A stretch of DNA of 64,000 nt from Nitrosopumilus sp. GTDB taxonomy: Archaea; Thermoproteota; Nitrososphaeria; Nitrososphaerales; Nitrosopumilaceae. The notes below the pieces were generated by a model, which saw only the letters and a program-made list of their open reading frames with translations, made no database searches and was not told where the DNA came from. The first letter of the stretch is position 1; each line of letters starts with the position of its first letter. The translations under genes and the position numbers were made by a program. Positions 1 through 10,634 of this stretch are shown one piece after another. The stretch lies in NCBI GenBank assembly GCA_965238275.1, contig OZ250186.1, positions 384,001 through 448,000 of the forward strand, given 5' to 3'.

Positions 1-448
1 TGCTCTCCTCGACAGTCAGCCTGCCGTACAGGTCCGAATTCAGCTTGATAGAGTCTGCCAGTTTTACCAGCTTGCCGCGTCTCATCCTGAACAGCTCCAG
101 CATCATGCTCTCGATCCTGTCAAAGTCATCGCGGGCAAGCTCCCTCATGGACTCTCTTAGCTTTATGTAAAAGTGGGAGTCAAGCGTGGCCATCTGGTAC
201 TCCCCAACCATCTTCTCCTTTGCAAGGGCCTGCTTGAGCTCGGTAATCATGTCCGGCGATTCCAGCACCCCAAGATTGTTCTTGTCAAGAATCTTGCCCA
301 GCCACCGCGGTATGTTGTTGACCTCGCCCTGGGTTCCCTTTACCTTGGTGCCGGCAACATCGAATCCAAAGTCCCGGCTGACAGTAAACTTTGCATCCTT
401 TAGGCCATATCCTATAGAGTGTACCTTTTCCACGCTGCCAATATCCAT
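1..448 (-). CDS. GINS complex subunit (Gins23-type), partial (runs off window start)
   Basis: Manual translation from ATG at 448: MDIGSVEKVHSIGYGLKDAKFTV...NIPRWLGKIL...FYIKL...LFRMRRGKLVKLA...LTVEE, which resembles archaeal GINS; divergent from RFC. Not in the ORF track because it is truncated. Confidence 0.75.
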   Translation of the reverse strand, partial: MDIGSVEKVHSIGYGLKDAKFTVSRDFGFDVAGTKVKGTQGEVNNIPRWLGKILDKNNLGVLESPDMITELKQALAKEKMVGEYQMATLDSHFYIKLRESMRELARDDFDRIESMMLELFRMRRGKLVKLADSIKLNSDLYGRLTVEES

Positions 449-704
449 CAAAATCACTGCTCCTCTCTTAATCCCCAATTAGAGATAAGTGTAAGGAGAA
501 GCTATTCTGTAACTCAAATTATTCACACGTAACATGCAATGAGCGTTTGTATTTTAGCGGTGGGTAATTATGATATAACCTAGAGTGTATCCAGAGCCTG
601 CCTGAACTGATGCAACAGACAGGGTTCATGCTTGCACTTGGGCGTGCCAGAATCGCTGCGGCAAATCTGCCCGATTTATTAGTGGGAATCACGCGCATAC
701 CATC

Positions 705-1655
705 ATGTCAGGCGCGGGCATGTGGGTGGAAAAGTATCGGCCCAAGACACTCTCAGAGGTAGTCAACCAGACAGACATAATTGGAAGTCTGGAGGCACTA
801 ATCAAGGATCCCACGGACATGCCGCATCTTCTGTTCTCGGGTTCTGCAGGAGTGGGCAAGACGACCACGGCCCTGTGCATCACCAGGCAGATTCTCGGGG
901 ACCACTCCAAGGACTACACCCTTGAGCTTAACGCCTCTGACGAGAGGGGGATAGATATGGTAAGGGAGAGGGTAAAGAAGTTCTCAAGGTTTGCAGGCAT
1001 GAGCGACCTGCCATTCAAGATCATAATACTGGACGAGGCAGACGAGATGACCTCCGGCGCCCAGACGGCGCTGCGGAGGATCATCGAGGATACTGCAAGG
1101 ACGTGCCGGTTCATCCTGATAGCAAACAACGTATCAAAGATCATAGATCCGCTGCAGAGCAGGTGCGCCACATTCAAGTTCACATCTGTCGCAGAAGACG
1201 ATGTCATCGCAAGACTCGAGGAGATCGCAGGCAGGGAGGGCGTCTCCACTGACAGGGGCGGCCTCAAGGCAGTATATGACTACTCGGAGGGGGACATGAG
1301 GCATGCAATCAACATCATGCAGGCCGCTGCGAGCCTTGGCCCGATTACAGAGGAGAACGTCAAGGTATCTGCCGGACTGACAAGAACCTCCGACGTCGAT
1401 ACTGTCCTGAAGGCGGCGCTGTCAGGCAGGCTGGTCGAGGCAAGAGAGAAGATGATCGAGCTGATCCGGGTGTATGGAATGTCCGAGTCGGACTTTCTCA
1501 AGTATATCAACTCTGCAGTGTTCAAGTCAAGGCATGACAGGCTCCCGGAGATTCTTGAGATCATTGCAAGGTACGACTACCGGGTGCTGGTAGGCGCAAA
1601 CTCGGAGATCCAGCTCTCTGCAATGCTTGCAGAGCTTGGAACCCTGAAGGACTGA
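705..1655 (+). CDS. rfcS: Replication factor C small subunit
   Basis: WVEKYRP, Walker A GSAGVGKTT, ELNASDERG, DEAD, SRC motifs. Confidence 0.97.
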   Translation: MSGAGMWVEKYRPKTLSEVVNQTDIIGSLEALIKDPTDMPHLLFSGSAGVGKTTTALCITRQILGDHSKDYTLELNASDERGIDMVRERVKKFSRFAGMSDLPFKIIILDEADEMTSGAQTALRRIIEDTARTCRFILIANNVSKIIDPLQSRCATFKFTSVAEDDVIARLEEIAGREGVSTDRGGLKAVYDYSEGDMRHAINIMQAAASLGPITEENVKVSAGLTRTSDVDTVLKAALSGRLVEAREKMIELIRVYGMSESDFLKYINSAVFKSRHDRLPEILEIIARYDYRVLVGANSEIQLSAMLAELGTLKD

Positions 1656-1687
1656 GCCGCCGGTCCAGGCACGATTGGAATGAAAGG

Positions 1688-1771
1688 CGCAGAGAGAGGG
1701 ATTTGAACCCCCGTATGTTTGCACACACAGGCTCTCAAGGCCCGCGCCCTACCGAGCTAGGCGACCTCTGC
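1688..1771 (-). tRNA. tRNA-Ser(TGA)
   Basis: GCAGAGG/TCTCTGC acceptor stem, anticodon arm CGGGC-CTTGAGA-GCCTG, long variable arm, GGTTCAAATCC T-loop. Confidence 0.93.
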
Positions 1772-1902
1772 AAGGGTTTGTGAATGACGGTGGTTAAAAT
1801 TTGTTGAGGATCTTTATGCAGGATCAGGCTGTTTGGGAATTACGCTGAGCGGCATGCCGTCTAGTGCGGCATCTTAAAAATAAGAAAAAGGAAGAGGCTT
1901 CC

Positions 1903-2439
1903 TTAATGGTGTGAGTGTGGACCGCCACCGGAACTTGGCATCACGACGTACGTGCCTGCCTCCTTCTCGTGGTATTCCAGATATGATGGCTCGATCAGAA
2001 TTGCATGTGTGGGACATACCTCCTGACATGCCATGCACTGTGTACAGTCGTGCTCCCTGATTGGTTGTGATTTGTCCGTGTAGTCTAGACGATCATCCTG
2101 TTCTGTCTCGCCTGTTCCTTCAAACGTGGCATTAAGACAATCGGCTGCAGGAATGTCCTGCTCTGTCCTGAACCACTGGAAGGTCTGTACCGGACAGACG
2201 CTCATGCATGCGCCTGCTGCAATGCAAGAATCCCAGTCTACGGCGACAGTTGTCCCGTGGATACCGAGAGGAACCTGTTCCTCTCCTCTCTCCTCGTACG
2301 CTGCAAGGACGTTCTCGTCTGAGAATGCCTCACCGTCGGTCCTGCCTTCGCCCCAGATAAAGTGAAGATTCTCACCGTCTGAGTGATTGGTCTGTCCAAC
2401 TACTTCTAGATTTTCAACAAACTTTTCGTCTATTGGCAT
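1903..2439 (-). CDS. Dicluster (7Fe-type, Zfx-like) ferredoxin, paralog 1
   Basis: [26 protein letters not shown] and CTQCMACQEVCP motifs, similar to Sulfolobus zinc-containing ferredoxin. Confidence 0.9.
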   Translation of the reverse strand: MPIDEKFVENLEVVGQTNHSDGENLHFIWGEGRTDGEAFSDENVLAAYEERGEEQVPLGIHGTTVAVDWDSCIAAGACMSVCPVQTFQWFRTEQDIPAADCLNATFEGTGETEQDDRLDYTDKSQPIREHDCTQCMACQEVCPTHAILIEPSYLEYHEKEAGTYVVMPSSGGGPHSHH

Positions 2440-2521
2440 GGATTCCTTTATTTTCGATTATTATTTAAAGCTAAACAAAATTAGTCACGACTAAACCGGA
2501 ATTTTAGAGAATGTATGGGTA

Positions 2522-3034
<513 letters not shown>

Positions 3035-3076
3035 TCAGGATCGGCGCGAATGTTATTTAAAGATAGAGAATATTGA

Positions 3077-4245
3077 GAGGTTGGTGCGTAATTCCGATAT
3101 GTCCTAATCTGAATATTTCCCGCCGCATTCTCACGGGCGGGGTCAGATACGGACGGGTCGGATTATCAGGCGCACTCCGTGCAAGCCGAACCGCCGTAGG
3201 ACGGTATCGGTATATTTAGCCGGCGGGCGCACTCAAACCGGTTGAGAACCCGGATGTTCCATGAGATTGCCCTTCCCTTGGCAAACCGGCGCCGATTGTC
3301 TTCGCGCACGAACCTGCAGTGAAGCTGGTGCCGCCGGCTCTCCTCGGCCCCGAATATGCCTTCCACCAGGGCTCTTGTCTTGTACTCGTGCGAGTCAAAC
3401 AGCCCGGCTGCCTTCTTCCTGCTTGGCTTGCCCCTGCTGACGGCGTCTTTTCTCTGCTTGATGTTGGGCACCATGCCCATCCAGAACAGATCCTTGAAGT
3501 TGTAGTCGGCGTCATACCCGCGGTCCGCATCAAAGACGTTCCCCGAAAAGTCAAACCCGCGGCGCCTGATCTCTGCCAGCATGACTGGCAGCATCGTGAC
3601 GTCGTTGACGTTACCCGGCGTGGCAAACGTGGCCAGCACAATCTGTAGTCCCAGGATGGCCGTTATGTGGTATTTCCAGTAGGTTTTTTGACGCATCTCG
3701 ACGAAATTACGCTCCTTTTTGTAGGGTTTTTCGATGTCTTCGTACCTGGTAGTCTCCACCCCGCTGCTGTCTGCGGCCAGCGGCCCGGTAGCCCCGGACG
3801 CCCCGGCGATGCAGCGGCGTGCAGTCTCGGCCAGCACCAAATCCATCCAGTCTGGCGGGATGGTCTGGAGGTGCCTGACTATCGTGGTGTGGTCCGGCAC
3901 GGGCTCGCCGTCCCAGGGAGTTTGCATGTCGCGCAGGTCTGACTCTATCCTGCGAAAGGTGTTGTTGTATGACATCATCAGCAGGCAGGCAAAATCCAGC
4001 TTGTCCTTGGAGTGAATCCGGGGACGGCCCCTGTTGCTGTTTTCGGAGCGCGGGCAGGGATTCTCCTGAATCATTTCAATCAGCGTCCTCCTCAGGTGAG
4101 ATGCCTCAACTTCGTTTGCAAGTTCGTAGTACTGCCAGTATCTTTCCCGTCGGTTGTGTTTGATCATTATCGCGTGCGGGCGATCATGGGATCATTGAAT
4201 GTATCGGACTAGACTAGGCGGTCAGAAGAATTACGCACCAACCCC
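3077..4245 (-). mobile_element. IS5-family (IS903-like) insertion sequence, complete
   Basis: TIRs GAGGTTGGTGCGTAATTC (3077) and GAATTACGCACCAACCCC (to 4245); 9-bp direct repeat GAATATTGA at 3068-3076 and 4246-4254. Confidence 0.93.
3166..4167 (-). CDS. IS5-family DDE transposase
   Basis: PDHTT, AADSSG, YWKYH, DADRGYD, YKTRALVEGIF motifs. Confidence 0.92.
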   Translation of the reverse strand: MIKHNRRERYWQYYELANEVEASHLRRTLIEMIQENPCPRSENSNRGRPRIHSKDKLDFACLLMMSYNNTFRRIESDLRDMQTPWDGEPVPDHTTIVRHLQTIPPDWMDLVLAETARRCIAGASGATGPLAADSSGVETTRYEDIEKPYKKERNFVEMRQKTYWKYHITAILGLQIVLATFATPGNVNDVTMLPVMLAEIRRRGFDFSGNVFDADRGYDADYNFKDLFWMGMVPNIKQRKDAVSRGKPSRKKAAGLFDSHEYKTRALVEGIFGAEESRRHQLHCRFVREDNRRRFAKGRAISWNIRVLNRFECARRLNIPIPSYGGSACTECA

Positions 4246-4469
4246 GAATATTGATGCAGATTCAGGCTGATGCCGACCACGCCCGTCAGGCTGTCATTCC
4301 CTCACAGGGACGCGGCATGGCCTCGGTATGGTTTTGCAGACACGGTACGGAGCCGGTCGCAGCCACCGCCGGCATTCCCTTGGATATCTGCCCAATCCGG
4401 CAATCATGAATGCGCAGGCAGACCCGCCTCAAACAAGATTCATAACGCACGGCAAAGCCATCTGAGGAC

Positions 4470-5135
4470 ATGGATATCATCAAGTATGATGTGTACAGGG
4501 GATCAAACATAGGGGTGTACATCAGGACGAATGCGGATCTGGTCATGATCCCGATGGGGTTTGCCAAGTCAAGGGCAGAGAAACTGGGGGCATACCTTGG
4601 AGTCAGGTACATGTACATGTCAGTTGCAAACACCAGGCTGATAGGATCACTGTCGGTAATGAACAACAAGGGAATACTATTGCCAAAGACGGCGTATCAA
4701 AACGAGTATGACCTGCTGAGGGAAGAGACTGATCTGGAGGTCGGCGTGCTGGATTCAAGGTTTACCGCGCTTGGAAACGTGATATGCGCAAACGACAGGG
4801 GCGCAGTGGTGTCCCCGTGGCTCTCAGACAGGGACTGCCAGACTATATCAGACGTGCTGGGAGTCGAAACGATTCAGAGAAAGATCGCAGGATTCAACCA
4901 GACAGGGGCAGTCATGGTCGCAAACAACACCGGGGCTGCAATCCATCCCGAGGCAGACGAGAAGGACATGGAGATCTTTGCAAGCCTGCTGGGGGTAAAA
5001 GTCGAGCAGAGCTCCATAAACAACGGCATTCCCTATGTGGCATCGGGGATTCTTGCAAACGACAATGCCGTGGTGGTCGGAACGCTGACCACGGGTCCTG
5101 AGATAATGATGCTTACAAGGGCCTTTCTGAACTGA
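4470..5135 (+). CDS. eif6: Translation initiation factor 6 (aIF6)
   Basis: NIGVY, NNKGILLP, ALGNVICAND, SGILAND, TTGPE motifs. Confidence 0.95.
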   Translation: MDIIKYDVYRGSNIGVYIRTNADLVMIPMGFAKSRAEKLGAYLGVRYMYMSVANTRLIGSLSVMNNKGILLPKTAYQNEYDLLREETDLEVGVLDSRFTALGNVICANDRGAVVSPWLSDRDCQTISDVLGVETIQRKIAGFNQTGAVMVANNTGAAIHPEADEKDMEIFASLLGVKVEQSSINNGIPYVASGILANDNAVVVGTLTTGPEIMMLTRAFLN

Positions 5136-6426
5136 GGACGGATCTTGGATCCTCGGTGAGTTTTTCCAAGAGTATGACCCCCTCCGTGCCATCCTGCATG
5201 TCACGCAACACGACGCCCCCCTCTGCCAGTTCCTGCGGCCCCACGATTATGGCAAACCTTGCACTGCCTGCCACGTCCATCTGCTTTTTGAGGCTCCTGC
5301 CTACAAGATCCATGTCAGCGTGTAGGCCGTTGAGCCGGAGGAGCGACGTGATGGAGGATGCGACCTTTTGCATCTCGGCATTGACGTAAAGCACCGCGAC
5401 TCTTTCCCTGACAGGAGACGGCACTATTCCCTGTTGGTGCATTGTCAGGATTATCCTCTCCACGCCGCCTGCAACGCCGGATGCCCCTATGTCGTCTCTT
5501 CCAAAGGCCCGAGTCAGCGCGTCATACCTGCCGCCGCCTGCCAGCGCGCCAAGCCCGGAGCCCTCTGCAAACACCTCAAAGACGGTACCAGAGTAGTAGT
5601 CAAGTCCGCGGACTATGCCAAAGTTAATCCTGACGTTTGAGACGCCCCTGTTCTCCAGGGATTCAAAGAGATTCTTCAGGTAATCCCACCACTCCAGATG
5701 GGCAGTGTCAAACATCCCCTCCACCTCGGGTATGGTTCCCCTGACCTGGGAAAACTCCAGGATCAGTTCCAGTTTCTGCCGGTCATACCCCTTTTCTTCA
5801 AATTCGCGCAGAATCTCTTTGTGCGGTTTTTTTGACGTCTTGTCCACTGCGCGCAGGATGTCGGCGACCAGCCCGGGATCCTGCGATCCAAAGACCCCGT
5901 TGATGTACGACTCGACCAGACCCCGGTGGCTGATGTCGATTGTAACTCCCTTTAGGAGAAGCGAGTCAAACAGTCGCGACGTCATCTCGATTATCTCGGA
6001 TTCGGACTCCAGGGACGGCTTGCTGTAAATCTCCACATTCCATTGGTGAAAGTAGCGGTACCGTCCTTTCTGCGGCTCGTCGTACCTGAAGACGCCCCCA
6101 AAGCTTGAGAGCTTGGCAGGGAGCCTCATGGACTTTTGGGATGCGATGTACCGGGTCAGCCCCATGGTAAAGTCAAAGCGCAGCGCCACCTCCCGCTCCC
6201 CCTTGTCCTCAAAGTAGTATATCTCCTCCCGGATTGCAGGACCCGACTTGGTCTCCAGGGTGGAGAGCAGCTCTATCGGGGACGGCTCCATGAACGAGAA
6301 CCCGTACGAGAACCCGCCTACAGCTGTCAGAGAGCCTCCGAAAGTGGTGCCTGACATGCTCTGATGTCCGCTGCCTCTAGGCAGCCTCATCAAGTCCTTC
6401 ATTCCGCGCAAGGGCAAAAGTTTCAA
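5113..6426 (-). CDS. hisS: Histidine--tRNA ligase (N-terminal ~40 codons garbled by compensating indels)
   Basis: RGMKD, LRFDFT, FRYDEPQKGRYRYFHQ, RGLDYYSG, GGGRYD, GVERI motifs; likely TTG start at 6426. Confidence 0.93.
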   Translation of the reverse strand: MKLLPLRGMKDLMRLPRGSGHQSMSGTTFGGSLTAVGGFSYGFSFMEPSPIELLSTLETKSGPAIREEIYYFEDKGEREVALRFDFTMGLTRYIASQKSMRLPAKLSSFGGVFRYDEPQKGRYRYFHQWNVEIYSKPSLESESEIIEMTSRLFDSLLLKGVTIDISHRGLVESYINGVFGSQDPGLVADILRAVDKTSKKPHKEILREFEEKGYDRQKLELILEFSQVRGTIPEVEGMFDTAHLEWWDYLKNLFESLENRGVSNVRINFGIVRGLDYYSGTVFEVFAEGSGLGALAGGGRYDALTRAFGRDDIGASGVAGGVERIILTMHQQGIVPSPVRERVAVLYVNAEMQKVASSITSLLRLNGLHADMDLVGRSLKKQMDVAGSARFAIIVGPQELAEGGVVLRDMQDGTEGVILLEKLTEDPRSVLSSERPL

Positions 6427-6544
6427 CTTTGTACCAGTCGTTTGGCAATTGAGGGATTGTCGGAATTTAAGCATTGACGCCTCCAAGGATGCGCCGGGTT
6501 CAGGCTGATTCGGGATTGGAACAAAAAGCATGTATGTTCTGCTG

Positions 6545-6770
6545 AATAAAAGGCGCGTGTCAGGATTCAATTGCAATCAGGACAAAAACAAGATCGACAG
6601 GCTGCAAATCCTTTCATCCTGCAATACCTGAATCATTCTGCAGGGATTTTCTGCAACGTACAATAAAAGGCGCGTGTCAGGCAATCAGGACAAAAACAAG
6701 ATCGACAGGCTGCAAATCCTTTCATCCTGCAATACCTGAATCATTCTGCAGGGATTTTCTGCAACGTACA
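6545..6770. repeat. Tandem duplication of a ~110-117 bp intergenic segment
   Basis: AATAAAAGGCGCGTGTCAGG...GATTTTCTGCAACGTACA occurs twice (6545, 6662); the second copy lacks 9 nt. Confidence 0.9.
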
Positions 6771-6782
6771 AGGCCAAGCATG

Positions 6783-7454
6783 CTAGTGCCGCTTTGGAAG
6801 GAACGGTATCAGTGCCCTTGCAAACTCCATGATGTTCTTTGTCTGCATGTAGACTGTTCCGGGGCCCGTAATCTCCACTACCAGCGCCTCGCCTCCAAAC
6901 AGAGTGGTCTTGAGGTTACCGTGTTTTGCGACCCGGTAGTCTGCAGTGGCACTCATGGCCACCAGCTGGTAGTTGTCAACTATCATCTTCTCGCCCGGTG
7001 CCAGCTCCGTCTTGAAGATGCCGCCCCACGCGTTTACAAACATGTCTCCCCTTCCGAGGGTCTTCAGCATGAACAGGTTGCTTCCAAAGACGCCCTTGGT
7101 AAATCCCTGCCACTGCGTATCCAGCGTCAGATCCCCGACGGAACACACAAAGGCGCCCGACTGGACGATAAACTCCGAATCAACGGTAATAACCTCAATG
7201 TCCCCAAGCATGTTTCCGGTGAGGCCAAGCCTGCACCCGTCCTCCCGCGCAGTAAACTCGTTGACAAAGAACGACTGGCCTCCAAATGCAGCCACCTTCA
7301 GCGACTGAAAGAGGCCGCTCTTTCTTGTCCGGGTTTCAGTCTCTATGTTGCCCCGCATAAAGACCATTGCTGCCGCCTCTGCAGTTACCTTCTCCCCCCT
7401 GTCCATGGAGAACTGGATCATTCCGGTGGGGTTTTTTATGATATCATGCTTCAA
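6783..7454 (-). CDS. TIGR00266/AIM24 family protein
   Basis: AEAAAMV, GGQSFFVNEF, GGEALVVEITGPGTVYMQT motifs. Confidence 0.88.
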   Translation of the reverse strand: MKHDIIKNPTGMIQFSMDRGEKVTAEAAAMVFMRGNIETETRTRKSGLFQSLKVAAFGGQSFFVNEFTAREDGCRLGLTGNMLGDIEVITVDSEFIVQSGAFVCSVGDLTLDTQWQGFTKGVFGSNLFMLKTLGRGDMFVNAWGGIFKTELAPGEKMIVDNYQLVAMSATADYRVAKHGNLKTTLFGGEALVVEITGPGTVYMQTKNIMEFARALIPFLPKRH

Positions 7455-7570
7455 TGATGCCGAATAAGATATGGGAAATTTAGATGTTGTTGTTGTTGTT
7501 TGAATCCGTCATGACATCGCCATCCTAGATGCGTCTCAGGTTTATAGATGACATGGTACCCCGCACAGGC

Positions 7571-8251
7571 ATGTCATCCAGGCTCAGGGAGATCAGGTCC
7601 CTTAACAGCAGGATTTTGGAGTGCAAAAGGTGCCCCCGGCTTGCATCGTACATCAGGGACGTTGCACACAACAAGGTAAGGCGGTTCAGGGACGAGGAGT
7701 ACCACGGAAGACCGCTGCCGGGATTCGGCGACGTCAACGCAAGACTGATGATAGTCGGGCTTGCGCCTGCAGCCCACGGGGGAAACAGGACGGGGAGAAT
7801 GTTCACCGGAGACTCGTCTGGCGACTGGCTTGCAAGGGCAATGCACATGCACGGGTTTGCGTCAATCCCGACCAGCCAGTCGCGTGATGACGGGCTGGTC
7901 CTCAAAAACGCATACGTCACTGCGGCGGTAAGATGCGCGCCTCCCCAGAACAAGCCCACGAGGGAGGAGACAGACACCTGCCTTTCGTATCTGGAGCAGG
8001 AAAGAAAGATTCTGGCCAGGGTCACCACCATCCTGTGCCTTGGAAGAATCGCCTACGAGGCAGTGTGCAGGATGTACGGGGTTAGGCCTGCAGGGTTTGG
8101 CCACAACAGACTCTTCAAGCACGAATCAATTCAGATTCTGACCTCGTATCATCCGTCAAGGCAGAACACGCAGACGGGACGGCTGAGCTGGGATGAGTGG
8201 TCGGCAGTCTTTGCAAGGGCAAAGACGCTGACAGAGTTACAACTTTTATGA
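7571..8251 (+). CDS. Uracil-DNA glycosylase, family 5 (UdgB-like)
   Basis: CKRCPRL, GLAPAAHGGNRTGRMFTGD, RCAPPQNKP, SYHPSRQNT motifs. Confidence 0.93.
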   Translation: MSSRLREIRSLNSRILECKRCPRLASYIRDVAHNKVRRFRDEEYHGRPLPGFGDVNARLMIVGLAPAAHGGNRTGRMFTGDSSGDWLARAMHMHGFASIPTSQSRDDGLVLKNAYVTAAVRCAPPQNKPTREETDTCLSYLEQERKILARVTTILCLGRIAYEAVCRMYGVRPAGFGHNRLFKHESIQILTSYHPSRQNTQTGRLSWDEWSAVFARAKTLTELQLL

Positions 8252-8255
8252 CAAG

Positions 8256-9842
8256 ATGGTTCCATTCCCAGACATGAGAATTCTGATAGCCATCATCATC
8301 CTGGCACTGTCGTTTATTCCCGCAGCATATGCCCAAGAGTATCCGGAGCTTGGGGTAGGGGTGGACGTGGTGGCCGAGAACCTGAGTGTTCCATGGAGCA
8401 TGGACTGGATGCCAGACGGCGCGATTTTATTTACAGAAAGGGAGGGGAGCCTCAGGTTAATCCAAGACGGAATACTTGTGCCAGAACCGCTGGTGTCGGT
8501 GGGGGACAGCAACGCAGAAGGCGGACTGCTTGGAGTCGCAGTCGATCCGGACTTTGAGGAGAACGGCTATGTCTATCTGTATTACACCTACAGCGATTTT
8601 CTCTCTACGGCAAACAAGGTGGTCCGCTACCAGTTTGTCAATGATGTACTCGCCGAGGACACGGTACTGGTTGAGGGAATTCCAGGCGGATGGTTCCACA
8701 ACGGCGGAAGGATCCAGTTCGGACCGGACGGAGCACTCTACATCACCACAGGGGATGCGGGGGATGCAGGCACGGCGCAGAATCCGGATTCCCTGGCAGG
8801 AAAGATTCTCAGAATAAATTCTGACGGGACGATACCAGAGGACAACCCTTACGACGGCTCCCCGGTATGGTCCATCGGACACAGGAACCCCCAGGGGATG
8901 GACTGGGATGAGTCCGGCAACATGGTCGCAACAGAGCACGGGCCGTCAGGGTGGAGGGGGGTTGCCCATGACGAGGTCAACGTCATAATACCTGGGACAA
9001 ACTACGGCTGGCCTGACACAGTGGGGGACGAATCAGCAGACGGCCTGCAGGAGCCCATACTGCATACGGGGAATGACACGTGGGCACCGTCGGGTGCTGA
9101 ATTTTATGACGGGGACCAAATCCCGGAATGGGCAGGCAAATACTTTGTCGCGACCCTCCGCGGAAATCATCTGCACATGATTGACTTTGATCTGGAAAAC
9201 AACAGGGTGGTCTCCCACGAGAAACTCTTTCAGGGAGAATTTGGAAGGATCCGGGACGTGCAGACCGGGCCTGACGGATTTCTGTACCTTCTGACAAGCA
9301 ACCGCGACGGCAGGGGAGCCCCCGAACACAACGACGACCGCATCCTTCGGATCACCCCGATTCCCGGAGACGAACCATCCCCTGCAGAGGCCAGGCAGCA
9401 CCTAGAGTACGAGTATGACGGGGAACAGCTGAGCGCAATGGTGTCGTACACGGGATACGAGGTATCGCCGATCAGGTTTGACTTGGATTCAAAGAGTGTC
9501 AGTTTTGATTTTGTAAGGATTGACGGGGGAGCAGTCCAAGACCGTATCGAGCTGCTGATTGAAAGGCCCCTGATCTCGCCGCCATACGCCATACAGATAG
9601 AGTCAGAAAACGGCACCGTGTGGCATCAGGATGATCCTGACATAACGATTACGGAGGATAATTTTTACAGATACGAGCCGGTGCCGGACCAGGCTGCAAA
9701 GGCAGGGACCGTGACGGTGACCGGAACGTACGTGATTCCGGAGTTTGGGGCCGTCATGCTGCTGGCGGCGGTCCTGGCAGCGGGCTTGATTCCGGCAGTA
9801 CTCTGGTCAAGATTCCGGCCGGGACTGCTGGTCCGGGGATAG
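8256..9842 (+). CDS. PQQ-dependent sugar (glucose/sorbosone) dehydrogenase family protein with PEFG-CTERM anchor
   Basis: Signal peptide, HNGGRIQFGPDG, GKILRI, GHRNPQG, NYGWP motifs; C-terminal VIPEFG + TM helix + basic tail. Confidence 0.9.
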   Translation: MVPFPDMRILIAIIILALSFIPAAYAQEYPELGVGVDVVAENLSVPWSMDWMPDGAILFTEREGSLRLIQDGILVPEPLVSVGDSNAEGGLLGVAVDPDFEENGYVYLYYTYSDFLSTANKVVRYQFVNDVLAEDTVLVEGIPGGWFHNGGRIQFGPDGALYITTGDAGDAGTAQNPDSLAGKILRINSDGTIPEDNPYDGSPVWSIGHRNPQGMDWDESGNMVATEHGPSGWRGVAHDEVNVIIPGTNYGWPDTVGDESADGLQEPILHTGNDTWAPSGAEFYDGDQIPEWAGKYFVATLRGNHLHMIDFDLENNRVVSHEKLFQGEFGRIRDVQTGPDGFLYLLTSNRDGRGAPEHNDDRILRITPIPGDEPSPAEARQHLEYEYDGEQLSAMVSYTGYEVSPIRFDLDSKSVSFDFVRIDGGAVQDRIELLIERPLISPPYAIQIESENGTVWHQDDPDITITEDNFYRYEPVPDQAAKAGTVTVTGTYVIPEFGAVMLLAAVLAAGLIPAVLWSRFRPGLLVRG

Positions 9843-9886
9843 GCATTTCCCGGAGCCGCATGCAAACATACGATGACATGACACGT

Positions 9887-10435
9887 TCAGGGCAGCAGTG
9901 AAATCTCAGCAGAGCCAAGACCGATTGCCTCGCCAAAGTAGTATCCGGCCAGGATGGTTCCGGCGGCCCAGACACACGAGCCTGAAAATGTGTAGAGCAC
10001 AAACTTTGGCATCCTCATCCTGAGCAGTCCTGCAGGAATGGAGATCATCTCCCTCATTACAGGAACCATCCTTCCCAGAAAGACGGCCTTGTCACCATGC
10101 CTTTCAAACCATGCCTCCACACGCTGCAACTTTGCATCAGACACCCTGAAACGGCCCAGATATCTAAGCATGACTGCCCGTCCGAGCTTCAGGGATACAA
10201 GATAGATGATAAAGCTGCCAAGGGTGGAGCCCATCGCACCAAGAAGAATCATCAGGGCAACCCCGGCAAGCGGAACCCCGCTCTGCGATGCCAGAAATCC
10301 GGCAGTTGGAAAGACTGCAAGCGTGGGTATTGGCGGAACCACGGTCTCAAGAAGGGCCGCCAGAAAGGTTCCCTCGTAGAGATGCTCTCCGAGAAATGTT
10401 GAGATCCATGCCAGAAACGAGTCAAATGCCTCCAT
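9887..10435 (-). CDS. DedA family membrane protein
   Basis: LETVVPPIP, WFERHGDKAVFLGRMVP, ISIPAG motifs; likely start MEAFDSF at 10435. Confidence 0.9.
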   Translation of the reverse strand: MEAFDSFLAWISTFLGEHLYEGTFLAALLETVVPPIPTLAVFPTAGFLASQSGVPLAGVALMILLGAMGSTLGSFIIYLVSLKLGRAVMLRYLGRFRVSDAKLQRVEAWFERHGDKAVFLGRMVPVMREMISIPAGLLRMRMPKFVLYTFSGSCVWAAGTILAGYYFGEAIGLGSAEISLLP

Positions 10436-10634
10436 TGGGTTCTGACAACGGAATCGTCCTAAATTTCTTGCCAGCAGGCACCGGACGGTCCGCATCAGGG
10501 TACAGGGAATCGGAGACAACAGGGAATCCTGAATCTGCCGGTACTGCCGCAACCGCAGGACGGCCGCATTTTGAATTTTCAGGGAGTCCGGGATTGGGTA
10601 AAATATACTAATAGGGTCAAGGGTACAAATCCGT

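Noticed and set aside
449-704. Replication origin between GINS and RFC
   Set aside because: The region is AT-rich, but no ORB repeats or cdc6 are seen; divergent promoters explain it.
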